Counted from the stretch's first letter, positions 28,026 to 37,333 are shown. The stretch: DNA of 64,000 bases from an uncultured Clostridia bacterium (GCA_949746675.1 CATKDT010000043.1:24820-88819); one strand, 5' to 3'. Notes: generated from the letters alone by a model not told the origin. Program-made: numbers and translations.

Positions 28026-28601
28026 ATGAATATGGAAATAGAAGAACTAAAAGAAGAATTAAAAAAATACATCACCAATGAAAAGAGATATTTACACTCA
28101 TTAGGAACCATGAAAATGTGCAAAATACTTGCAAAGAAATACAATGTAGATATAGAAAAAGCAGAAAAAGTAGGACTAGTGCATGACATTGCAAAAGAAA
28201 TAATAGACGAAGAAGCTATTAAATATGTTAAAGAAAACAATATAGAAATAACTGAGGTAGAAAAATATAATACAAAACTTTTACATGGTAAGATAGGCGC
28301 AGATTTATGTAGAAAGATATATAATTTTGACGAAGACATGTGTAGTGCAATAAAATGGCATACAACAGGAAGAGCAAATATGAGTATATTAGAAAAAATA
28401 GTATTTTGTGCAGACAAAATTGAAGAGAATAGAAAATATGACAATGTAGAATATTACAGAAACCTTGTATTGAAAGACATTGACCAAGCAGTGTTAGAAA
28501 TAATTGACTATACAATAAAATCCAATATAGAAAAAGGAAAATTATTACTAGAAAAAAGTATAGAAACTCGCAATTACATATTGATAAATCAAAAAAAATA
28601 A
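28026..28601 (+). CDS. yqeK: HD-domain bis(5'-nucleosyl)-tetraphosphatase, YqeK family
   Basis: 191 aa with RYLHSLGT, VHDIAKE, HGKIGA, WHTTG and ADKIE. Confidence 0.75.
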   Translation: MNMEIEELKEELKKYITNEKRYLHSLGTMKMCKILAKKYNVDIEKAEKVGLVHDIAKEIIDEEAIKYVKENNIEITEVEKYNTKLLHGKIGADLCRKIYNFDEDMCSAIKWHTTGRANMSILEKIVFCADKIEENRKYDNVEYYRNLVLKDIDQAVLEIIDYTIKSNIEKGKLLLEKSIETRNYILINQKK

Positions 28602-28634
28602 TATATAATGTATCCAATATGGAGGGCGAGACAG

Positions 28635-29525
28635 ATGGTTTTTAAAGATTACTATAAAATACTAGGACTAGAAACAAACAAAGTTACAACAGATGAAATA
28701 AAAAATGCCTACCGAGAGAAGGCAAAAAAGTACCATCCAGATAAAAATGCAGGAAACGCCGAAATAGAGGAGATATTTAAAGACATAAACGAAGCATATA
28801 AAATATTATCAAATTCGAAATCAAAAAGGAAATATGATTACACCTGGAATAGATATGTTGGAAGGAAAACACAAAATACGACACAGAAACAAAAAAAGAC
28901 ATTAAAAGAGATAATAATTGAAATGCTATTTGGTGAAATTGGAAAGAAAAAAGTTCAAAAAACTGAAACACCAAAATATGGAGAAGACATAACTACAGCA
29001 GTAGATGTAAGTATAGAGCAAGCATTCTTTGGATCTAACAAAAAACTTAAATTCAGAACAATTCAAGGAAAAGAAACTACATTTAATTTTAAAGTGCCTG
29101 CAGGAGTTAGAAATCATGACAAAATAAGAATTCCAGGACAAGGACAACAAGGAAAAAATGGAGGAAAAAATGGTGATTTAGTAATAAGTATAAACATTAA
29201 AGATACTAATAATCTTAAGCTTATAGGCTCAGATTTATTTATGGAATTACCAATAAAAGTATGGGAAGCAGCTTTAGGAACCACTAAGAAAATAGCAATA
29301 TTAAAAGAGGAAATACAAATTATAATTCCTAAATGTACAAGCAGCGGAGACAAATTAACAATAAAGGGAAAAGGTTATAGCAACGGAAAAGGAGAAAGAG
29401 GAAATTTAAACATAATAACAAAAATAGTTCTATCTAAGGAAGAACTGGAAAAAGAAGTCAAAATATTTGAAATGCTAAAAAAAGCAGAAGATCAAACCAA
29501 AATTCTAAATAGCAAAATTAAATAA
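28635..29525 (+). CDS. J-domain co-chaperone, CbpA-like (no zinc-finger region)
   Basis: DYYKILGL...YHPDKN J domain plus a DnaJ C-terminal beta-sandwich region (GDLVISINI, KLTIKGKGY). The ATG at 28635 follows GGAGGG; the track ORF opens at 28608. Confidence 0.8.
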   Translation: MVFKDYYKILGLETNKVTTDEIKNAYREKAKKYHPDKNAGNAEIEEIFKDINEAYKILSNSKSKRKYDYTWNRYVGRKTQNTTQKQKKTLKEIIIEMLFGEIGKKKVQKTETPKYGEDITTAVDVSIEQAFFGSNKKLKFRTIQGKETTFNFKVPAGVRNHDKIRIPGQGQQGKNGGKNGDLVISINIKDTNNLKLIGSDLFMELPIKVWEAALGTTKKIAILKEEIQIIIPKCTSSGDKLTIKGKGYSNGKGERGNLNIITKIVLSKEELEKEVKIFEMLKKAEDQTKILNSKIK

Positions 29526-29568
29526 TACTTATTATTGTAATAAATATAAAATAAAATATAATATAAAG

Positions 29569-29597
29569 TTGACATATTTACATAATTATAGTATAAT
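29569..29597 (+). promoter_or_regulatory. Perfect-consensus sigma-A promoter ahead of the unknown/T4CP module
   Basis: TTGACA (29569-29574), 17-nt spacer, TATAAT (29592-29597). Confidence 0.65.
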
Positions 29598-29628
29598 AAA
29601 AAGAGCAGTCAGCTAATGAAAGAGGTGT

Positions 29629-30156
29629 ATGATGGCTAAGGGATTTAATGGAAAATATTTCAGTATAACAGATCCAAAAGACGTAAGCACTGTAATTTAC
29701 AGAATTAATAAAACAGCGAAAGAATACCTAAATGAATATCCAAAATATACATTAGAAAGATTAGTATCATCAGAAGAATTAAATGGCAATGCAAAGAAAA
29801 AAACTTTTTTTATTGACTATCCAGAGCCAGAAGGAGAAGATTTAGTAATACTGTCTTTTGGCGAGAATAAAGTAATAGTTAATATGGGAAAATTAAAAAA
29901 TGACAAGATTAGGATATCAAGACTACCTATTCCTGTGCAATTTGACACGCTTTATTTAGAAACTGCTACAGAATACAAAAATTTTAAATATACACCAAAT
30001 TTAAAAAGACCAATAACAATAATTGACCCTGAAACAACTGAGGAAATAAAACCAATGTTGTACATAGACCAAACAACAAATGAAGTAAAAGGAAAATGCA
30101 AACTAAAACCATATAAATCATATTTTGCATTTGAGATAAGAGATAAAAACGTTTAG
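29629..30156 (+). CDS. Hypothetical cytoplasmic protein (175 aa)
   Basis: ORF preceded by SD AGAGGTG, with purine-rich coding bias and no motif I recognise. Confidence 0.6.
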   Translation: MMAKGFNGKYFSITDPKDVSTVIYRINKTAKEYLNEYPKYTLERLVSSEELNGNAKKKTFFIDYPEPEGEDLVILSFGENKVIVNMGKLKNDKIRISRLPIPVQFDTLYLETATEYKNFKYTPNLKRPITIIDPETTEEIKPMLYIDQTTNEVKGKCKLKPYKSYFAFEIRDKNV

Positions 30157-30175
30157 TAGCAAGGAGGATTTGTGA

Positions 30176-30502
30176 ATGGGTAATTTAGATAACGAAAATA
30201 CAACATTTGAAGCTCATTTAATGTCACTTAGATTTAAAGACAAAGACAAATCATATGATAAAAATAGCCAAGGTTTGCAAGTAATTCAACCAGGGAAAAT
30301 TGAAGAAACAAATGGTAATGGACCTGTTCAACCAAATTTACAAACAGAAATTAGTGTATTTACAGCTGATGAAAATATGGACATACCAATGCTTTCAGAA
30401 GAGCAAGTAAATACAATGAGAGAAAACAGATCAAAATACAGAGCAAGAGTACATTATAAAGGAAGAGCACAAAGGACATTAGACGAAAATGATGATAGAT
30501 AA
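30176..30502 (+). CDS. Hypothetical protein (108 aa)
   Basis: ORF preceded by SD AAGGAGG, 19 nt after the previous stop. The C-terminus is basic (RENRSKYRARVHYKGRAQR). No motif recognised. Confidence 0.6.
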   Translation: MGNLDNENTTFEAHLMSLRFKDKDKSYDKNSQGLQVIQPGKIEETNGNGPVQPNLQTEISVFTADENMDIPMLSEEQVNTMRENRSKYRARVHYKGRAQRTLDENDDR

Positions 30503-30558
30503 CCAATTGTAATTTATTATAATTGGTTTGTTCTATCTATAAATGAAAAAGTATAAAG

Positions 30559-30584
30559 AATAATATATTTTTAAATATATTATT
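30559..30584. promoter_or_regulatory. 12-bp-arm A/T palindrome upstream of the T4CP gene
   Basis: AATAATATATTT (30559-30570), TT, AAATATATTATT (30573-30584). It is A/T-only, so the significance is uncertain. Confidence 0.25.
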
Positions 30585-30674
30585 ACTTTACGAACAAAAA
30601 TAGTGAAACAAATGATAAGGAAAGACGATTTCAATGTAAGGACTAATTATTCCTTAGAAAGAAGTGAGGCAAAG

Positions 30675-32876
30675 ATGATAACTTGGATTAAGAAAAATAT
30701 AAAAACACTAATTGTAGGAGTTGTAATATGGATACTAGGTATGCTATTTTTAGTAGCACCTCTAGCAGTATCTATTAGTGAAAGTACTACAAATAGTGTT
30801 TTTAATATTCAAACATTTTTAGGACAATTACCAAAAAACGTAACAAGTTTCTCATCAATAACAAAAACATTTAACAATGAAACAATTGGCATATTTGGAA
30901 AATGCACATTAGGTTATACTATTATAATAGCAATAGCTGTAGGAATTGGACTATATAAAGCACGTAGTAAAAGTGAATATGATAAAATAGAACATGGATC
31001 AAGTGATTGGTCACAAGGTGGAGAACAGTATAGGGTTTTAAGTAAAAATCAGGGATTAATACTTGCTGAAAATAATTACTTACCACTAAACAAAATAGGA
31101 AATGTAAACGTACTTATTGTCGGTGGATCTGGATCTGGTAAATCATCATCATATTCAATGCCAAATGCATATCAATGCTTAGGATCATATATATTTACAG
31201 ACCCAAAAGGAGAAATATATGATTCAACAGCTGGTTATTTGAAATCTAAGGGATATGAAATAAAAATATTAAACTTAGTAAATCCAACATGTAGTGACAG
31301 TTATAATCCAATCCAACATATCCAATCAGAAATAGATGTAGATATTATAGCAAATACAATTATTAAAGGACAAAAAACAGAAGCAACAAAATCATCAGAC
31401 CCATATTGGGACAACATGTCAGAATTATTATTAAAGGCATTAATATATTATTTATTAGCAAAAAGACCACCAGAAGAACAGAATTTAGCAAGTTGTGCAG
31501 AACTGGTAAGAGCGGCAAGCAAAAATGGAGACAGCAATCTATTATCAAACTTAATGAGTGAACTACCATATGATCACCCAGCAAGAATGAACTATAAATC
31601 AGTTGAACTAGCATCAGAAAAAACATATGGAACAATTTTAAGTTCACTTCAATCATCATTAGGAAAATTTGACTCAAAAGAAATAGCAGATGTTACATCA
31701 ACAAACACAATAGACTTTGACGATATAGCAAAAAAGAAAACAGCTTTATATGTTGTATCCTCAGACACACATGCAGCATATGACTTCTTATTAACAATAT
31801 TTTTCTCACAAATGATACAACAATTATATGACTTTGCAGACAGAAATGGTGGAAAGCTACCAGTGCCAGCATTCTTTATACTAGATGAGTTTGCCAATAT
31901 AGGTCAGGTACCAGACTTTGACAAGAAAATATCAACAAGTAGAAGTAGAGGAATATCATTTAGTGTAATATTACAAAATTTAGATCAATTAAAAGCAATA
32001 TATGATAAATCATATGAAACAATTATAGGAAACTGTGATACACACGTATTTTTAGGAAGTAACTCATATGAAACAGTAGAATACTTTTCAAAAGAATTAG
32101 GTGAAAAAACAATATCACATAATAGTAAAACCATGAATAGAAACAATGACTCAGTACGTACAGGGTATAGTGAATCAGATCAAATAATGGCAAGAGCACT
32201 TATGACACCAGATGAACTAAGAAGAATGGATAATAACGAATGTATTATATTTGAAAAAGGATTAAAGCCAATAAAAGCAAAGAAATTTTGGTATTACAAA
32301 AAGCCTAATATAGTTAGAGATTTTAATAATAATAGACTAAACCACAATGACTATAAAGTAGCAGATAGAGGAGAATGGAGAAAATTCAATCCAGCAAATC
32401 CATATACTGAAAAATCAGAGGATAACAAAGAATTAGAAATAGGAGCACTTGACAACTTATTTAGCGAAATTGAAACACCTACAAATAAACAAGGTGATAC
32501 TATAAATGAAATTAAATCTCAAGATGCTTCTACAATATCAAACACAAGTATAACTAAATCAAATTCTACAATGCAAATAAATGGAATAAATAATAACAAT
32601 AGTGATATAGCAAATACTATTAAACCAAGTGCAGAACCAATAATCAAGCAGGCACAGCAATCATCAGTAAACATTAATAATACAACACAAGAACAAATAG
32701 AAAATGTTGGAGCAATACCAAAAGAAACACCAACTAATACTGAACAATCTATAGTGCAATCACAAAATCAATTTAATAATTTAAAATCAGTAGACCAAAC
32801 TAACGAAGAAGAAGTAGATATACAAAAAGAATTAGAAGCAAAATTTGATGAGTTATTTGGAAACTTAAATGATTAA
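30675..32876 (+). CDS. VirD4/TraG-type type IV secretion coupling protein-like ATPase (orphan)
   Basis: Two N-terminal TM helices, Walker A VLIVGGSGSGKSSS, TDPKGE, Walker B FFILDEFANIG, then SRGISFSVILQNLDQL. A long N/Q/S/T-rich acidic C-terminal tail follows. The ATG at 30675 follows GTGAGG; the track ORF opens at GTG 30603. Confidence 0.85.
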   Translation: MITWIKKNIKTLIVGVVIWILGMLFLVAPLAVSISESTTNSVFNIQTFLGQLPKNVTSFSSITKTFNNETIGIFGKCTLGYTIIIAIAVGIGLYKARSKSEYDKIEHGSSDWSQGGEQYRVLSKNQGLILAENNYLPLNKIGNVNVLIVGGSGSGKSSSYSMPNAYQCLGSYIFTDPKGEIYDSTAGYLKSKGYEIKILNLVNPTCSDSYNPIQHIQSEIDVDIIANTIIKGQKTEATKSSDPYWDNMSELLLKALIYYLLAKRPPEEQNLASCAELVRAASKNGDSNLLSNLMSELPYDHPARMNYKSVELASEKTYGTILSSLQSSLGKFDSKEIADVTSTNTIDFDDIAKKKTALYVVSSDTHAAYDFLLTIFFSQMIQQLYDFADRNGGKLPVPAFFILDEFANIGQVPDFDKKISTSRSRGISFSVILQNLDQLKAIYDKSYETIIGNCDTHVFLGSNSYETVEYFSKELGEKTISHNSKTMNRNNDSVRTGYSESDQIMARALMTPDELRRMDNNECIIFEKGLKPIKAKKFWYYKKPNIVRDFNNNRLNHNDYKVADRGEWRKFNPANPYTEKSEDNKELEIGALDNLFSEIETPTNKQGDTINEIKSQDASTISNTSITKSNSTMQINGINNNNSDIANTIKPSAEPIIKQAQQSSVNINNTTQEQIENVGAIPKETPTNTEQSIVQSQNQFNNLKSVDQTNEEEVDIQKELEAKFDELFGNLND

Positions 32877-32886
32877 AAATAAAAAT

Positions 32887-32928
32887 AAACCAAATTATAA
32901 AATAAAAATATATTTGGCTTATTTTTTT
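32887..32928 (+). terminator. Probable Rho-independent terminator
   Basis: CCAAAT pairs with ATTTGG (imperfectly extended), followed by TTATTTTTTT. Confidence 0.4.
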
Positions 32929-32974
32929 AAAATAATATTATTAAAAATTTAATTAAAATAAGGAGAAAATATAA

Positions 32975-34006
32975 ATGAAATTTGTGCATATAGCAGATGT
33001 TCATTTTGATATACCATTTAGAACACTTGCTGAGAGAGCTAATTTAGGACAGAAAAGGAGAATGGAACAAAGAGAAGCATTTAAAAAAGTAATAGACTTT
33101 ATAAAAGATGAAAAAGTAGATTATTTATTTATTAGTGGAGATCTTTATGAAGAAGAAAATATAAGAAAAACAACAATAGATTATATTAATAATTTATTTA
33201 AAGAAATAAAAAATACAAAAATATTTATAGCACCAGGAAACCATGATCCATATTTAAAAAACTCATATTATTCAATATATAATTGGTCAGAAAATGTAAA
33301 GATATTTACAAACAAGGTTGAAGTAATAAAATATGAAGATATAGATATATATGGATATGGATTTAATGATTTTGAAATGAGTGAAAACCAATTAGAAAAT
33401 ATAAAAGTAGAAAATATTGAAAAAATGAATATACTAATAACCCATGGAGATCTATATACAGAATCTAGATATAATAAAATGGATAAAAATAAATTAAAAA
33501 AATTTAATTATACTGCAATAGGGCATATACATAAAAGAGATGAATATTATCCAGGTTCATTAATAGCATTAGGATTTGATGAACCAGGTGAACATGGATT
33601 TTATTTTGGAGAAACAATAAAATTAAATGGAAAAGAATTTTTAAATAAAAAATTTATAAAAATAGATGAAAAACAATTTATAAAAGAAGAAATAAATATA
33701 ACAAATATTTCATCACAAGAAGAATTAATAGAAAAATTAAATTTAATAGAAACAAAAAATAATTATTATGAAATTTATTTAACAGGAACACGAAATTTTC
33801 AAACCAATATTAATATGAAATTAATCCAAACTAATATTATAAAAATAAAAGACAAAACAAATTACAAAAATTCAATAATAGAAAATGACAAAACATTGTC
33901 AGGGATTTTCCTTAAAAAACTAAATTTAAAACTTCAAAATGGAGAAATAGATGATGAAACATATCAGAAGGTATTAGAATTAGAAAATCGAATAATGGAA
34001 AGCTAA
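32975..34006 (+). CDS. Metallophosphoesterase DNA-repair exonuclease, SbcD-like (YhaO/SbcF type)
   Basis: MKFVHIADVHFD, SGDLYE, APGNHD, ITHGD and GHIH calcineurin-like phosphoesterase motifs. Confidence 0.8.
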   Translation: MKFVHIADVHFDIPFRTLAERANLGQKRRMEQREAFKKVIDFIKDEKVDYLFISGDLYEEENIRKTTIDYINNLFKEIKNTKIFIAPGNHDPYLKNSYYSIYNWSENVKIFTNKVEVIKYEDIDIYGYGFNDFEMSENQLENIKVENIEKMNILITHGDLYTESRYNKMDKNKLKKFNYTAIGHIHKRDEYYPGSLIALGFDEPGEHGFYFGETIKLNGKEFLNKKFIKIDEKQFIKEEINITNISSQEELIEKLNLIETKNNYYEIYLTGTRNFQTNINMKLIQTNIIKIKDKTNYKNSIIENDKTLSGIFLKKLNLKLQNGEIDDETYQKVLELENRIMES

Positions 34007-34303
34007 AAAAAGCATAATTGTTAATTTGACAACATGAAAACAAATGGAGCATAAAAACTACTAGACAGCGTAAAGCGCTGGGAAATAGGGATTACACAAA
34101 AATGAAAAAGTAAAAAAACTCAATTAATAAGTAAGAGAAAAATATATTCAAAAGAAAAATAAAAACAAACAAAAGAGCGCAAAAATAACAATAAAATGCA
34201 AAAATTGTCTCAAAAACAAAAAAGAGAATAAAAACTAGTAAAATTTAAATCTAAAAAATGGAAATAAAAATATAAAACTTATACTAAAAATGAAAGGTAT
34301 AAA

Positions 34304-36097
34304 ATGGAAATAGAAAAAATAAAGATAAATCAATATGGAAAATTAGATAATAAAGAAATTAATTTCAAAAAAATAAATTTAATATATGGAAAAAACGAAA
34401 CTGGAAAATCTACATTATTAAATTTTATAACAAGTATGTTTTATGGAATATCAAAAAATAAAAATGGAAAAAAATATTCAGACTATGATAAATATTATCC
34501 ATGGAATAAAAATGAGTTTTCAGGAATAATAAATTATAAATTAGATAATCAAAAAAAATATTATGTATATAGAAACTTTGAAAAAAAGAATCCAAAAATA
34601 TATGATGAAAATAATAATGATATAACAGAAAAATATAATATTGATAAAAAAATAGGAAATCAATTTTTTATAGAGCAAACAGGTATAGAAAAAGAAATAT
34701 TAGAATCTACTGTAATAACAAATCAAAAAGAAATTGAAATAAATTCTAATACACAAAATAATTTATTACAGAAAATTGCAAACTTAGCTGAAAGTGGTAG
34801 CGAAGAAACATCATATAAAACAGTAATAACTAAATTGGATAAACTATTATTAAATGAAGTGGGTACAGAACGCAGTCAAGAAAAACCAATAAATATAGTA
34901 AAAGAAAATATAAACGATTATGAAGAAAGAATAAATGAAATAAAAAAATATAAAGATTATAAATATGAATGTGAAAGTAAGAGTAATGAAATAAAAGAAC
35001 AATTAGAAGAAGAAAAAAGCAACAAAATAATTTATGACAAAATAAAAATATTAATCAATAATGATAAAAAAGAACAAGAAAAAATAAATATAAAAAAAGA
35101 TATAATAGAAGAAAATAATAAAAAAATAGAGAAAAATAATAAAGAAAAAATACAAAAAGATAAAAATAAAAAGAAAAAAATTATAATTTTTATTTTAATG
35201 TTTTTAATTTTAATGAACATAATTAATTTTATTTTACTGAAAAACAAAATACTAAATTATATTTTATTTTCATTAATTTTAATTTTTTTAATTTATATAA
35301 TAATAAAATATAAATTAAATAACTCAAAATTATTAGAAAAAGACACAAAATTAATAGAAGAAAACAATTTGAAATTAAAAAAAGAAACAGAAAAACTACA
35401 AGAACAATTATTAAAAAATAATAAAATAGAAAAAGAAAAATTAATAAAAGAATATGGCAATAATATAAATGATTTATTTAATTCTGGAATAGAAGAAATA
35501 GCAGAACAAAATAAAGAAGAAATAAATAAATTAGAATTAGAACTTCATAAAACAGAATTAGACAGAGAAAATATTGAACCAAAATTAGATGAATTAATAG
35601 AATATGAAGAACTACTATCAGTAGAACGAGAAAAATTAGAAGAACTAAATGAACAAACTAAGGTGTTTAAAATAACAAAAGAACTAATGCAAGAATCATA
35701 TCAAGAAATGAAAAAAAATGTTATGCCAAAGTTTAGTGAAACATTATCTAAAAATATAGAAAAAATATCTGATAAAAGTTACAATAAAATAATCATTGGA
35801 GATGAAATAAATGTTGAACTTGAAAACGGAGATTACTTACCAATAGAAAAGTTAAGTATAGGAACAATAGAACAAATATACTTATCATTGAGGCTATCAG
35901 TAATAAAAGAACTATCAAAAGAAACAATACCAATAATACTTGATGAAGCATTTGCTTATTTTGATGACGATAGATTAAAAGAAACATTACAATATTTAAA
36001 TAAAACAGAGAATCAAGTTATAATATTAACATGTACAAATAGAGAAAAAGACTTATTAGAAAAAATGAAAATGGAATTTAATTATGTGGAGCTTTAG
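34304..36097 (+). CDS. SMC/SbcC-like ATPase (YhaN/SbcE type) with two central hydrophobic helices
   Basis: N-terminal Walker A GKNETGKST, a K/E/N-rich coiled coil, signature-like LSIGTIEQIYLSLRL and Walker B PIILDEAFAYFD. The central segments IIIFILMFLILMNIINFILL and YILFSLILIFLIYIII fall at about nt 35170-35310. Confidence 0.75.
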   Translation: MEIEKIKINQYGKLDNKEINFKKINLIYGKNETGKSTLLNFITSMFYGISKNKNGKKYSDYDKYYPWNKNEFSGIINYKLDNQKKYYVYRNFEKKNPKIYDENNNDITEKYNIDKKIGNQFFIEQTGIEKEILESTVITNQKEIEINSNTQNNLLQKIANLAESGSEETSYKTVITKLDKLLLNEVGTERSQEKPINIVKENINDYEERINEIKKYKDYKYECESKSNEIKEQLEEEKSNKIIYDKIKILINNDKKEQEKINIKKDIIEENNKKIEKNNKEKIQKDKNKKKKIIIFILMFLILMNIINFILLKNKILNYILFSLILIFLIYIIIKYKLNNSKLLEKDTKLIEENNLKLKKETEKLQEQLLKNNKIEKEKLIKEYGNNINDLFNSGIEEIAEQNKEEINKLELELHKTELDRENIEPKLDELIEYEELLSVEREKLEELNEQTKVFKITKELMQESYQEMKKNVMPKFSETLSKNIEKISDKSYNKIIIGDEINVELENGDYLPIEKLSIGTIEQIYLSLRLSVIKELSKETIPIILDEAFAYFDDDRLKETLQYLNKTENQVIILTCTNREKDLLEKMKMEFNYVEL

Positions 36098-36184
36098 AAA
36101 AACATTAAAAAAAATAAGATAGACATATTAAGTTAATAGAAAAATTAAATAAAAAACAATTTTAAAATAAAACAATAGTAAAAA

Positions 36185-36214
36185 TTGACTTTTACCCATA
36201 AATGAGTGTATAAT
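36185..36214 (+). promoter_or_regulatory. Sigma-A type promoter for the prfA leader
   Basis: TTGACT (36185-36190), 18-nt spacer, TATAAT (36209-36214). Confidence 0.5.
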
Positions 36215-36243
36215 AAAAAATATTATAAAAGAGAGGAGAAAAT

Positions 36244-36285
36244 ATGAATGTAAAACGTACATTCATACAAAATATTTATGTTTGA
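36244..36285 (+). CDS. 13-codon leader ORF ([13 protein letters not shown]) overlapping the prfA start
   Basis: Strong SD GAGAGGAG lies 6 nt upstream. Its TGA stop (36283-36285) overlaps prfA codons 2-3 (ATGTTTGA). Its ATG lies inside a 9-bp hairpin. Confidence 0.4.
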   Translation: MNVKRTFIQNIYV

Positions 36286-37333
36286 AAATTTAGAAGACAT
36301 TGAAAAGAAATATGAAGAACTAACAAAGATGATTAGTGATCCAGAAGTAATTGCAAACCAAGAAGAATGGCGAAAAATGATGAAAGAGCAAGCTAGCATT
36401 GAGCCAATAGTCGAAAAATATAGAGAATATAAAAAAGTAAAACAAGCCTATGAAGAATCAAAAGAATTATTAAAAGATCCAGAAATGAAAGAATTAGCAG
36501 AAGAGGAAATGTTAACATCAAAAGAAAAACTACCTATATTAGAAGACGAACTAAAAATATTATTAATTCCAAAAGATCCAGACGATGATAAAAACGTAAT
36601 ATGTGAAATAAGAGCAGGAGCTGGTGGAGATGAAGCAGCACTTTTTGCAGGAACACTATTTAGAATGTATTCAATGTACTGTGATAAAAAACACTGGAAA
36701 ATAGATATATTAAATGAAAATGCAACAGAACTAGGTGGATATAAAGAAATATCATTTATGATAAAAGGAGATGGAGCATATAGTAGACTAAAATTTGAAA
36801 GTGGAGTTCATAGAGTTCAAAGAGTACCAGAAACAGAAGCAAGTGGAAGAATACACACTTCGACAGCATCAGTATCAGTATTACCAGAAGTTGGAGATGT
36901 TGAGATAAATATAAATCCAGCAGATATAAAAATGGAGGTATTTAGAGCATCAGGAGCAGGAGGACAACATATAAATAAAACTTCATCTGCAGTTAGACTA
37001 ATACATGTACCAACAGGTATGGTAGTAGAATGCCAGACAGAAAGATCACAATTTCAAAATAGAGAATATGCTATGAAAATGTTACAATCACGTCTATATG
37101 AACAAGAGAAGAGAGAACGTGATAGTAAAATTGAAAGTGAAAGAAGAAGCCAAATAGGAAATGCGGAAAGAAGTGAAAAAATAAGAACATACAACTACCC
37201 ACAAGGAAGAATTACAGACCATAGAATTGGAATGAGTGTATATCAAATGGAAAACTTCTTAAATGGAGACATTGATACAATGATAGATAGCTTAATTGCT
37301 GCTGATACAGCAGAAAAATTAAAGGGAGAATAA
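36278..37333 (+). CDS. prfA: Peptide chain release factor 1
   Basis: 351 aa with [14 protein letters not shown] (the RF1 PxT region) and [16 protein letters not shown] (GGQ). The N-terminus aligns with typical RF1 starts. Confidence 0.9.
   Translation: MFENLEDIEKKYEELTKMISDPEVIANQEEWRKMMKEQASIEPIVEKYREYKKVKQAYEESKELLKDPEMKELAEEEMLTSKEKLPILEDELKILLIPKDPDDDKNVICEIRAGAGGDEAALFAGTLFRMYSMYCDKKHWKIDILNENATELGGYKEISFMIKGDGAYSRLKFESGVHRVQRVPETEASGRIHTSTASVSVLPEVGDVEININPADIKMEVFRASGAGGQHINKTSSAVRLIHVPTGMVVECQTERSQFQNREYAMKMLQSRLYEQEKRERDSKIESERRSQIGNAERSEKIRTYNYPQGRITDHRIGMSVYQMENFLNGDIDTMIDSLIAADTAEKLKGE

Noticed and set aside
30603-32876. The T4CP gene as evidence for an integrative conjugative element or plasmid segment
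   Set aside because: No relaxase, VirB4/VirB6/VirB8-like gene, integrase, replication gene or flanking direct repeats occur in the window. The flanking genes are housekeeping genes with the same composition. It is kept as an orphan-gene finding instead.
34900-35500. Highly repetitive-looking AAA/GAA/AAT sequence in the SMC-like gene, and in 21000-21250 and 3130-3300, as possible CRISPR or tandem repeat arrays
   Set aside because: There are no regularly spaced identical repeats. The regions are in frame within long ORFs and encode K/E/N-rich coiled-coil or linker segments.
36244-36290. The possibility that prfA uses a prfB-style +1 programmed frameshift at the in-frame TGA of the leader ORF
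   Set aside because: The protein is RF1-type (PET...GGQ, no SPF). Its normal N-terminus starts at the ATG at 36278. The site GTT TGA A lacks the CUU UGA C slippery context and an appropriately spaced internal SD. Termination-reinitiation coupling explains the layout better.
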